Below the pieces are notes generated by a model. The model did not search any database. It saw only the letters and a list, made by a program, of their open reading frames with translations, and was not told where the DNA came from. From the NCBI GenBank assembly GCA_934646185.1, contig CAKUEH010000001.1, positions 168,345 through 232,344 of the forward strand: 64,000 bases of DNA. Direction: 5' to 3'. This stretch comes from an uncultured Oscillospiraceae bacterium. Its GTDB lineage: Bacteria > Bacillota > Clostridia > Oscillospirales > Oscillospiraceae. Of the stretch, positions 29,197 to 37,494 are shown in pieces (position 1 is the stretch's first letter; each line of letters opens with the position of its first letter). Position numbers and translations under genes: made by a program.

Positions 29197-29926
29197 TGAA
29201 GATCACCTTCTTGACACTGGTTTGCTTTTTCAGAAACTCTTTGACCGTTCGAACTGCGATCTCTGCTGCCAGCGCATTGGGAAAATGAAACTCTCCCGTG
29301 GAAACGCAGCAGAAGGCCACGCTTTCCAGCTCGTTCTCTGCCGCCAGATTCAAGCAGGAGCGATAACAGGAAGCCAGCAGCTCTTTATCCTCTTTGGTCA
29401 CGCGCCCATTGATGATCGGACCGACTGTATGCAGCACATACCGGCAGGGCAGATTGAACGCCGGGGTGATTTTCGCCTGTCCGGCCGGTTCCGGATAGCC
29501 CTGTCGTTCCATCAATTCTTCACAGGCGAGCCGCAGTTCCACACCTGCATAGGTATGGATGGCGTTGTCGATGCAGCGATGGTTCGGAATGTAGCAGCCG
29601 GTGAGCCCTGAATTTGCGGCATTGACGATGGCATCGCATTTGAGCGTGGTTATATCGCCCTGCCAGAGATACAGCCCCGGCTGAGCTGGTGTCAGGTCGG
29701 TAATGTCGGTAATACCTTTTGCCGCGGTTTCGCCTTGCAGATATTCATCCTGTACTTGCAGAAATTCCGCGCCGATACGCGCTGGTCTGCGGACGTTCAT
29801 CAGCCCGCGCAGCAAAATCTTCTGCCGCTCGGAATCTGTTGGGATGATCTGTTTCTGGCAGGAGGGACGTTCGTTCAGCAGAGATTGGATCAAAAACAGC
29901 CGTTTCTCGCTCTGATTCATTGTCAT
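29111..29926 (-). CDS. Macrodomain protein (protein-ADP-ribose hydrolase type)
   Basis: ~95-aa helical N-terminal extension, then LWQGDITTLKCDAIVNAANSGLTGC...VLHTVGP...VAFCCVSTGEFHFP (macro fold). Confidence 0.85.
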   Translation of the reverse strand: MTMNQSEKRLFLIQSLLNERPSCQKQIIPTDSERQKILLRGLMNVRRPARIGAEFLQVQDEYLQGETAAKGITDITDLTPAQPGLYLWQGDITTLKCDAIVNAANSGLTGCYIPNHRCIDNAIHTYAGVELRLACEELMERQGYPEPAGQAKITPAFNLPCRYVLHTVGPIINGRVTKEDKELLASCYRSCLNLAAENELESVAFCCVSTGEFHFPNALAAEIAVRTVKEFLKKQTSVKKVIFNVFKDLDKTIYEKLLRADGTAPDSAAGL

Positions 29927-29977
29927 AACCTCTTTTTTGATCGTCTGTTCCGGATTGCCTTTCCCGGAAGATGCTGC

Positions 29978-30373
29978 TTAGAACTCGTAGGGAGGGTTGC
30001 CGGAGAAGTCGGCAATAACGCCGTGGGCACCCGCCAGATAGAACACCTCAAAGATGAGGTTGGCAGCCTCGCCGTACTGACCCTTCACGATGGGGTTCTG
30101 GATGCACATTTCCTTGGCATCCATGTTGTTCTCAAACACAGCCCTGCCGTGCAGACGGATCCATGCGTAGTCCGGGCTGGAAACGGAGATCTCAACCTCC
30201 GGGTTCTGCTGCATATCCTTGTAGACATCCTTGGTGTTGTTGGTGCAGAACCACAGCTTGCCGTTAAGCTCCCCCGCGAACATGAAGGGGCGGCACTTTG
30301 CCTTGCCGTCACGGCCGACGGTAGCCAGATACTGCACAGGGTTGGCATTCAGAAATTCTACGACTTTGTTCAT
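29978..30373 (-). CDS. Pyridoxamine 5'-phosphate oxidase-family (FMN-binding split-barrel) protein
   Basis: MNKVVEFLNANPVQYLATVGRDGKAKCRPF... GGAGG RBS. Divergent from an HxlR regulator. Confidence 0.75.
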   Translation of the reverse strand: MNKVVEFLNANPVQYLATVGRDGKAKCRPFMFAGELNGKLWFCTNNTKDVYKDMQQNPEVEISVSSPDYAWIRLHGRAVFENNMDAKEMCIQNPIVKGQYGEAANLIFEVFYLAGAHGVIADFSGNPPYEF

Positions 30374-30513
30374 GATCAGTGCCTCCAAAATGGTTTTTAA
30401 TAAATGATAGCCGCGAAAGATTGCTTTTTTCTTCCGTTGACAGTATAATAGCATCGTAGTCCTATTTCGTAAAGTAAGCACATTTTTGTGCTGTAGTTAC
30501 CGAAAAGAAACCA

Positions 30514-30855
30514 TTGGAGGCTGCTATGAAAAAAGCGACGATTTCGGAACTTCCCGCCTGCCCGGTGGAGACGACTTTGACCCTGATCGGAGATAAATGG
30601 AAGGTACTGATCCTGCGGGATTTAATGCCGGGGACGAAGCGATTCGGGGAACTGAAAAAGTCCGTAGGCAATGTGTCCCAAAAGGTTTTGACTGCCCAGC
30701 TCCGGGCAATGGAAGAAAGCGGTCTTGTTCACCGTGAGGTCTACGCCGAAGTCCCGCCGAAGGTGGAGTATTCGCTGACCGAGCTCGGCAGGAGCCTGAA
30801 GCCGATCCTGGACTCCATGTGGGTATGGGGTGAAGCGTACCAGGCCAAGCAGTAA
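30514..30855 (+). CDS. HxlR-family transcriptional regulator
   Basis: CPVETTLTLIGDKWKVLILRDL...KRFGELKKS...SQKVLTAQLRAMEESGLVHREVY...PPKVEYSLTELG. Confidence 0.9.
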   Translation: MEAAMKKATISELPACPVETTLTLIGDKWKVLILRDLMPGTKRFGELKKSVGNVSQKVLTAQLRAMEESGLVHREVYAEVPPKVEYSLTELGRSLKPILDSMWVWGEAYQAKQ

Positions 30856-30860
30856 AAAAA

Positions 30861-30899
30861 CGAAGCAGCACTTCACAGTTGCTGCTTCGTTTTTCTTTT
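30861..30899 (+). terminator. Intrinsic terminator
   Basis: CGAAGCAGCA / TGCTGCTTCG stem followed by TTTTTCTTTT. Confidence 0.75.
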
Positions 30900-31317
30900 G
30901 CGATCCGCTGATGATGAGACGTGCTGCGGCGAGAAATCCTGTCCTCTGCTATTGACAGCTGCTTTCTTCTCATATATAATATTTAATACATATTTTACGA
31001 TATGCATCGTGTTGTCTTTTTCCGGCTGTTGCTGGTTATTTGAGGCGTCCGCCAATGGCCGAGGTGAATGGACAGTTTGAGCTGTTGTTCCCCAACAACC
31101 ATACAATCTCCTGACCGTACCGGAAAGCCCGATGTTCAGCGCGCCGGAGGCAGCCGTTGTGACGGTTCCCCAGCTGGAGCGGGTAGCGCGGGCCGGGCGG
31201 CAGTATGCGGAAACCGGCAAGATCGGCACGGCACTTCTGGCGGAGATCGGTTCGCCCATGATCCCGGAGGAACCTTACGCTAAAATCGTCAATCAAAACA
31301 CATAAGGAGTCATCACA

Positions 31318-32082
31318 ATGCAGGAACAGGAATTGATACGCGCCTGGAAGCAGGAGGAAAGCATTGCCCACATCCACGGGTGGGATTTCTCGCACATTGC
31401 GGAAAGATATACGGAAGAAATGGATTTGCCATGGGACTATCAGCGAATTATTCTGGACTGCCTGAAGCCGGAAATGAAGCTGCTGGACGTGGATACCGGC
31501 GGCGGCGAGTTTTTGCTGTCGCTCCATCACCCCTGTGAAAATACCAGCGCCGCGGAGGCATATCCGCCGAACGTGGAGCTGTGCAAAGAAACCCTGCTCC
31601 CGCTGGGCATTGACTTTCGCGCAGGCGATGGTGAGGACGTTCTTCCCTTTGCGGATGCCTCGTTTGATATGGTCATCAATCGTCACGGCGATTTCAACGC
31701 AGCGGACATCCACCGCATGCTGAAAAGCGGCGGACTTTTCATCACGGAACAGGTGGGCGCGGAAAACGACCGCGAATTGGTAGAGCTGCTCCTGGGTGAG
31801 ACGGAGCTGCCGTTCCCGGAGCAATATCTCGACATCGCGTGCAAGCATTTCTGCGACGCGGGCTTTGATATTCTGGACGCGCAGGAATGCTTCCGGCCGA
31901 TCAAATTCTATGATGTAGGCGCACTCGTCTGGTTTGCGCGTATTATCGAATGGGAATTTCCGGGCTTCTCCGTAGATCGCTGCAAAGACGAGCTTCTTCA
32001 TGCGCAGGAGCTGTTGGAGCAGAACGGCGTGATCGAAGGGCGGATACACAGATTCCTGCTGGTGTGTTCAAAATCAGCATAA
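31318..32082 (+). CDS. Class I SAM-dependent methyltransferase
   Basis: LLDVDTGGGEF motif I, and DMVINRHG. AAGGAG RBS. Confidence 0.8.
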   Translation: MQEQELIRAWKQEESIAHIHGWDFSHIAERYTEEMDLPWDYQRIILDCLKPEMKLLDVDTGGGEFLLSLHHPCENTSAAEAYPPNVELCKETLLPLGIDFRAGDGEDVLPFADASFDMVINRHGDFNAADIHRMLKSGGLFITEQVGAENDRELVELLLGETELPFPEQYLDIACKHFCDAGFDILDAQECFRPIKFYDVGALVWFARIIEWEFPGFSVDRCKDELLHAQELLEQNGVIEGRIHRFLLVCSKSA

Positions 32083-32181
32083 AAGCCGCAAAACAGACCA
32101 AACTCACAGGCACAGGGCCGATGCTCCGTAAGCCGGCAAGGCATCACGGAGCATCGACCCTTTTATTTTTTTCAAAACCTG

Positions 32182-32236
32182 TTGACTTTTTGTGTCTACT
32201 CGTATAGAATATGCGTATGTTCTACACGAGTAGACA
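32182..32236 (+). promoter_or_regulatory. Candidate promoter plus BlaI-type operator
   Basis: TTGACT (32182-32187), 17 nt, TAGAAT (32205-32210). 11-bp inverted repeat TGTCTACTCGT (32193-32203) / ACGAGTAGACA (32226-32236) spans the -10 and the first codons. Confidence 0.5.
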
Positions 32237-32621
32237 GGAGGTGTTGAAAACGGAAATTCCAAAAATTCACGAAGGTGAGTATCGCTTCTGCCTGATCTTA
32301 TGGAAGCATGAGCCGGTCACTGCCGCACAGCTTGCAAAGCTGTGTCTGGATCAGCTGGGCTGGAAGCGAACGACGACCTACACGATCATCAAGCGGCTTG
32401 GCGAACGCGGGATCCTGAAAAACGAGAATGGACTTGTGACCGCGCTCGTTTCCAAGGACGAGGCGCAGGCCTGTGAGATCGACGAGCTGGTCGAAAAGAA
32501 ATTCGAAGGATCTCTGCCCACCTTTATCGCCGCGTTTACAAAGCGGCAGGATCTGTCCGAGCGGGAGCTCGACGAGGTGCAGCAGATGATCGACCGCATC
32601 CGAAGAGGAGAAACACAATGA
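32211..32621 (+). CDS. BlaI/MecI/CopY-family transcriptional repressor
   Basis: ...EGEYRFCLILWKHEPVTAAQLAKL...WKRTTTYTIIKRLGERGIL winged helix. The start codon is uncertain (ATG 32211/32217 abut the predicted -10; GTG 32241/TTG 32244 follow AGGAGG too closely). Confidence 0.8.
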   Translation: MRMFYTSRQEVLKTEIPKIHEGEYRFCLILWKHEPVTAAQLAKLCLDQLGWKRTTTYTIIKRLGERGILKNENGLVTALVSKDEAQACEIDELVEKKFEGSLPTFIAAFTKRQDLSERELDEVQQMIDRIRRGETQ

Positions 32622-34111
32622 GCGTACTCTTTTTGAAAATCCTTCATATGAGCGTCTCGGCGAGCTGGATCGCGGCAGCGGTTCTGGTGCTGCGGCTCTG
32701 CCTGAAGCGGGCACCGAAATGGGTAAACGTGCTGCTTTGGGGCTTTGTCGCGGTGCGGCTGCTTTTCCCGTTTTCCGTTGAGAGCACGCTGAGCCTTCTC
32801 CCGCGCACAGACGCCGTCCTCCCGGCAGCCATGGCCGCGCCCACTCAGGCCGGTGCTGCCCCGGTGATCGGCAGCACAGCCGCCGCAAGTGCCGCTGCGA
32901 GTCCTGCTCAGATCATGCTCCCGATTTTGCCATGGGTCTGGATCGCAGGGATCGCCGTACTGTCCCTGTATACCACAGTCAGCACGCTGCGGCTGCGGCA
33001 TAAGGTCCGCGAGGCTGTCCGTCTGCAGGGAGACATTTATCAGTCTGATCGCATCGACTCGCCGTTCGTGCTCGGGACGATCCGCCCGAAGATCTATCTC
33101 CCCTACCGCATGGACAGCCGCGACCAGCAGTATGTCATTGCCCACGAGCAGGCGCATCTGCGCCGGGGCGATCATCTGTGGAAGCCGCTCGGGTTTCTGC
33201 TGCTGACGATCCACTGGTTCAATCCGGTAATGTGGCTCAGCTATGTGCTGCTGTGCCGGGACATCGAGCTTGCGTGCGATGAAACCGTGATCAGAAAATT
33301 GGGCTGCGAGCAAAGAGCCGACTATATGCAGGCGCTTGTCTCGTGCAGCGTCAGCCGCCGCAGAATTGCGGCCTGCCCCCTCGCCTTCGGCGAGATCGGC
33401 GTAAAGGAGCGTGTCAGATCTGTTATGAACTACAAAAAACCAACCTTCTGGATCATTCTGGTGGCAGTTATCGCCTGCATTGTCCTCGCGGTCTGCTTCC
33501 TGACCGACCCGGTAGACTCCAAGACGGAAGCACCGGCCGGTCCCGTCGTTTCCAACACGGAAACCGCCCCCGCTCCGGCGGAAACAGCGCCGGAAGAACC
33601 TGTTCAGCCCACCGAACAGGATATGCTGCAGGATAAACTGTCCGCCGAGCAGGAAGCGCTGCTGGAGAACCCGCCCGCTGCTGCGGAAGCTGACGATTCG
33701 GTTCTGGATGAACTGATTGGCAAAGCGATTCTGGATCATTATGCGGAGGCTGTGCAGGACGGGCAGCTCCATGTAGAAAGTCACGTTGTTCTCGCCGAGG
33801 ACAGGAGCGGCGCCGATACGGTCACTGTATATCTGCTTGCTCTGCAGGAGACATACAGCGTGGGCGGCGAAACGCTGACGATGGAGAACGGAAGCTATGT
33901 CCCCACGGCCATCACGTTTTCTCTCAGCACCTCCAGCGGCAGCCCGCTGGAATACTGGGAGCCGGGCGACGGCAGCTATTCCGACGACGTCCGCGCCAAA
34001 TTCCCGGACACCGCGGCGGAGGAAGCGCTGAACGATCAGGCATATATCGACGATCTGAAGGCCGCGTGCTATCAGAAAGCGCTCGAGGCCATGAACGCTG
34101 CGGCGAATTGA
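32618..34111 (+). CDS. M56-family (BlaR1-like) membrane metalloprotease/signal transducer with a non-PBP C-terminal domain
   Basis: TM segments, HEQAHLRRGDHLWKP zinc motif, further TM segment, Pro/Glu/Ala-rich linker and a ~150-aa C-terminal domain with no SxxK/penicillin-binding motifs. 4-nt overlap with blaI. Confidence 0.85.
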   Translation: MSVLFLKILHMSVSASWIAAAVLVLRLCLKRAPKWVNVLLWGFVAVRLLFPFSVESTLSLLPRTDAVLPAAMAAPTQAGAAPVIGSTAAASAAASPAQIMLPILPWVWIAGIAVLSLYTTVSTLRLRHKVREAVRLQGDIYQSDRIDSPFVLGTIRPKIYLPYRMDSRDQQYVIAHEQAHLRRGDHLWKPLGFLLLTIHWFNPVMWLSYVLLCRDIELACDETVIRKLGCEQRADYMQALVSCSVSRRRIAACPLAFGEIGVKERVRSVMNYKKPTFWIILVAVIACIVLAVCFLTDPVDSKTEAPAGPVVSNTETAPAPAETAPEEPVQPTEQDMLQDKLSAEQEALLENPPAAAEADDSVLDELIGKAILDHYAEAVQDGQLHVESHVVLAEDRSGADTVTVYLLALQETYSVGGETLTMENGSYVPTAITFSLSTSSGSPLEYWEPGDGSYSDDVRAKFPDTAAEEALNDQAYIDDLKAACYQKALEAMNAAAN

Positions 34112-34118
34112 CGACGGT

Positions 34119-34280
34119 ATGCCCGAAGAAGCAAATGACCGGCTCGAAGCGTGGCTGGACGACGGAAACCGGATTGTCTCCTTCCATAAGATCCCGGACA
34201 GCCGGTATTACAGCACAGACGAACCCGCCTTCTGGCAGATGATTGTCAGCCTGGTTCTGGCCGGATACCGGGTGCAGTAA
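34119..34280 (+). CDS. Small 53-aa ORF (hypothetical)
   Basis: MPEEANDRLEAWLDDGNRIVSFHKIPDSRYYSTDEPAFWQMIVSLVLAGYRVQ. It starts 8 nt after the blaR1-like stop and is followed by a terminator. No clear RBS. Confidence 0.3.
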   Translation: MPEEANDRLEAWLDDGNRIVSFHKIPDSRYYSTDEPAFWQMIVSLVLAGYRVQ

Positions 34281-34292
34281 CGCTTGAAAATC

Positions 34293-34335
34293 AAAAAGGC
34301 AGCATGCAGACGCTTGTCCGCATGCTGCCTTTTTC
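34293..34335. terminator. Bidirectional terminator
   Basis: GGCAGCATGC / GCATGCTGCC stem flanked by an A-run and a T-run, between convergent genes. Confidence 0.7.
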
Positions 34336-35513
34336 TATTTTGATCGATCCTTATGTACGCTGCGAATCAGCGCTTCGTGCATAACGATCATAAGGACTAA
34401 AAGAGCTGCCAGATAGACCGGGAGAAGCGAGACCGTGATATATTCGGCTATCAGGCCGAACAGCGGCGGCATCAGACTGGTTCCGACGTAGGCGCAGGCC
34501 ATTTGAATGCCGATGATCGCCTGCGACTTATCCGCGCCGAAATGACTCGGTGTCGCATGGATGAGACAGGGATAAACAGGCGCACAGCCAAGACCGATCA
34601 TCACAAAGCCAGCCAAGGAAACGGCTGCGCCCAGCGGCAAAAACAAAATGACGATGCCGCAGGCAATCAGGATCTGCCCCATTCGCACCATCTGCACATC
34701 ATTGAGCTTCATCGCGAGAAAGCCGTTCAGCGCGCGTCCGGCGGTGATGCCGATGAAAAACATGCTGGCGAAGGAAGCCGCTGTTTCCGCAGGAACGCCT
34801 TTGTACAAGGTCAGATAGCTGCTCGCCCACAGGCCGGTGGTCTGTTCCAGCGCGCAATAGCAGAAGAAGCAGATCAGAACGTTTTTGACACCGCCGACTC
34901 TTAAAACTTCTTTCACCGAAAGCGCTTTCGCCTCAACGACGCTGCCGGACGCATCCTTCCCCTGCAGCCTGCCCTTCCAGAGCGGGAGACTGCACAGGAG
35001 AACCGCAGTCAGCACGACCTGAACGACTGCAATGCAGCGATAGCCGCCGTTCCAGGTTCCTCCGCCTGTAATAACAGCGCCCATAATATACGGGCCGGAT
35101 GCCGCGCCGACGCCCCACATGCAGTGCAGCCAGCTCATGTGCTTGCTCTCGTAGTGCAGCGCGACATAATTATTGAGCGAAGCGTCCACGCTTCCCGCGC
35201 CGAGACCATAGGGGATTGCCCAGAGACACAGCTGCCAGAAGGCATGGCTGATGGAAAATCCAAACAGCGCGGCGGCGGTCATGGCGACGCTGAACGCCGT
35301 GACCTTTCCCGTCCCCAGACGGCGCGTCAGGCGGTCGCTTTGCAGACTGGAAATGATCGTCCCGACTGAAATGATCATAAAAACGATGCCGGAATAGGAG
35401 ACCGGCACACCGAGCTGCGGATACATCGTCGGCCAAGCCGAGCCGAGCAGCGAATCCGGCAGTCCCAGACTGATAAAGGACAGATAAATAATGGCAAGCA
35501 GCAATGAAAGCAT
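34335..35513 (-). CDS. MFS transporter
   Basis: 12 predicted TM segments. Start at MLSLLLAIIYLSF... with a GGAGG RBS. Confidence 0.85.
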   Translation of the reverse strand: MLSLLLAIIYLSFISLGLPDSLLGSAWPTMYPQLGVPVSYSGIVFMIISVGTIISSLQSDRLTRRLGTGKVTAFSVAMTAAALFGFSISHAFWQLCLWAIPYGLGAGSVDASLNNYVALHYESKHMSWLHCMWGVGAASGPYIMGAVITGGGTWNGGYRCIAVVQVVLTAVLLCSLPLWKGRLQGKDASGSVVEAKALSVKEVLRVGGVKNVLICFFCYCALEQTTGLWASSYLTLYKGVPAETAASFASMFFIGITAGRALNGFLAMKLNDVQMVRMGQILIACGIVILFLPLGAAVSLAGFVMIGLGCAPVYPCLIHATPSHFGADKSQAIIGIQMACAYVGTSLMPPLFGLIAEYITVSLLPVYLAALLVLMIVMHEALIRSVHKDRSK

Positions 35514-35622
35514 TTCCGAAACCTCCCTTTTGCTCTGCCCTATCATATCGCCAAAATTTGCTTGACGCAACGCATATACCGCCATATACTATAACAAAAC
35601 TGCCAATACAGGAGGTATGGAA

Positions 35623-36507
35623 ATGGGATTGCAGGTATGCGGTCTGAACCGGAACAATACGCAGAAGGAATTACAGCCCCATGGAACCATCGAGTTTCCG
35701 TGCGCAGCTTACGCTTCCCATCATACAGATGCGCCCGGCGACGCGATCCCTTGGCACTGGCACGAGGAGCTTGAAGCGATCTACATTACTGACGGCACGC
35801 TGAAGCTGCAGATCCCCGGCAGGGAGTATCTCCTGAGCAAGGGCGATCTGGTCACGATCAACAGAAACGTCCTCCACTATGCCATCGGCTTCCCGGACGG
35901 CGCGCTGTGTTCAATCGTATATGCTCCGTTTCTGATCACCGGCGGAGCCGAAACTGCGTTTTATAAGAAGTATCTTGGTCGGCTGCTTGCGTGCTCGGAT
36001 TTCACCGTCTGGCAGGCAGATACCGAGACAGATGTCAAATGGTTCCTGGACGCCTTTTCCGCGCTGGAGTCAGACCGATTTGCCTATGAATTCATTGTAC
36101 GTGAGAACCTGTCCCGCCTGCTTCTGCACTGCTATGCGCAGATGCTCCCGCATCTGTCCGCGCAAAAGGCCGTGAAAAACATCGACACGATACGCATTGA
36201 AAAAATGCTGCGGCATATTGAGGCTTTCTATGCAGAGCCGATCACGCTCGCTGAAATTGCAAAATCGGCCGGTTTAAGCGAACGGGAATGTCTGCGCTGT
36301 TTTCATCGGACGATCGGCGATACCCCTGTGCAGTATCTTCTGAAATACCGGCTTATGCTGAGCGCTGCGATGCTCCGTTCGCAGCCTGCCGCGAGTATCG
36401 CGGAAATCTCCGCCGCCTGCGGGTTTGACAATCCGAGCTACTTTTCCAAGCAGTTCCGACGGTTCTATCCATGTACGCCGCGAGAATACCGGCATACCGG
36501 CGTCTGA
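35623..36507 (+). CDS. AraC-family transcriptional regulator (cupin + HTH)
   Basis: N-terminal cupin (WHWHEELE), C-terminal AraC HTH (AKSAGLSERECLRCFHR...FDNPSYFSKQFRRFY). Second ATG chosen for its 7-nt spacing from GGAGG. Confidence 0.85.
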   Translation: MGLQVCGLNRNNTQKELQPHGTIEFPCAAYASHHTDAPGDAIPWHWHEELEAIYITDGTLKLQIPGREYLLSKGDLVTINRNVLHYAIGFPDGALCSIVYAPFLITGGAETAFYKKYLGRLLACSDFTVWQADTETDVKWFLDAFSALESDRFAYEFIVRENLSRLLLHCYAQMLPHLSAQKAVKNIDTIRIEKMLRHIEAFYAEPITLAEIAKSAGLSERECLRCFHRTIGDTPVQYLLKYRLMLSAAMLRSQPAASIAEISAACGFDNPSYFSKQFRRFYPCTPREYRHTGV

Positions 36508-36614
36508 CCCGGCGTCTCGTACTCGGCCGCACAGGTCTGCTCAAATTGTCTCTTGACAATCTCATTTTTGAGAATATAATATAGTTTCAGAATAATTTAA
36601 AAAGCGGTGATAAT

Positions 36615-37124
36615 ATGGAAATAGCGGAGCTTGTCATGAATCCGGTCCGGCAGAGGATCTTTCAATATTTTCTTGTCCACGAGACCGGCACGGTCAAAGC
36701 GCTCCGAGCAGCCCTGCCGGATGTGCCGAGCGCGAGCCTGTATCGCCATATGAAGATTCTGACGGATCATGCCATGCTGACCGTAGTGGGGGAAAACCGG
36801 ATCCGCGGTACGGTCGAGAGCGTCTACCAGCTGAATCAAGCCGCGCTGGAGCTGGAAGACGCGGACGGCTCGGTCGTTCAGATGGCGCTTTTGCGTATCA
36901 GCGCATCGTTTGCAAAATACTTTTCCAGCGGCCATGCCGATCCGCGAAGGGATCTGTTCATGATGAGTACGTGTACGCTGATGCTGACAGACGAGGAATT
37001 TATGAAGTTCCTTTCGGAGATCAATCAGCTTGCGCTGAAGTACACAAACGCCGAAGTGCGCGAGGGCAGCAAAACCCGGCAGATCACGCTGATCTCCGCT
37101 CCGGCAGACGGGCAGGTGATTTAA
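36615..37124 (+). CDS. ArsR-like winged-helix transcriptional regulator
   Basis: NPVRQRIFQYFLVHETGTVKALRAALPDVPSASLYRHMKILTDHAML. Confidence 0.7.
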   Translation: MEIAELVMNPVRQRIFQYFLVHETGTVKALRAALPDVPSASLYRHMKILTDHAMLTVVGENRIRGTVESVYQLNQAALELEDADGSVVQMALLRISASFAKYFSSGHADPRRDLFMMSTCTLMLTDEEFMKFLSEINQLALKYTNAEVREGSKTRQITLISAPADGQVI

Positions 37125-37313
37125 ATGGACAGGCAGGGACAATGGCTGCTGTGCCCAAGCTGCCGCAGCAAGACCCGCGTATGGCTCCGGGAGGATACGA
37201 CCCTTCACAACTTTCTTCTCTTTTGCCCGAAATGCAAACGGGAAGCACTGATCGATCTGCAGCAATTTCATATCACGATTTTAAAAAAGCCGGACGCTGA
37301 GACGCAGAGCTGA
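37125..37313 (+). CDS. Cysteine-rich KTR-type zinc-ribbon small protein
   Basis: 62 aa with CPSCRSKTR...CPKCKRE. The ATG directly abuts the preceding stop codon. Confidence 0.7.
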   Translation: MDRQGQWLLCPSCRSKTRVWLREDTTLHNFLLFCPKCKREALIDLQQFHITILKKPDAETQS

Positions 37314-37454
37314 ACCTGACGAAGAGTCAGATTCGCTCTGCGTTGTTTTCTGGGAGGTACAGGGCGGTTCTGCTGTTATGCTCAGCCGCGCTGTGGATCT
37401 ATACAGACAAGCGTGAAAAGCACTCAGGCATCATGCCCACGTTTTGACAGTATG

Positions 37455-37484
37455 AAGCCCGGCAGGTTTTCCTGCCGGGCTTTT
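37455..37484. terminator. Bidirectional terminator
   Basis: AAGCCCGGCAGG TTTT CCTGCCGGGCTT, between convergent genes. Confidence 0.8.
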
Positions 37485-37494
37485 GGATGCGGGC

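Noticed and set aside
31132-31305. A 57-aa ORF (MFSAPEAAVVTVPQLERVARAGRQYAETGKIGTALLAEIGSPMIPEEPYAKIVNQNT) upstream of the methyltransferase.
   Set aside because: The sequence looks protein-like, but there is no convincing RBS and the frame is open further upstream without a start codon. It may be a gene fragment. The evidence is insufficient to call it.
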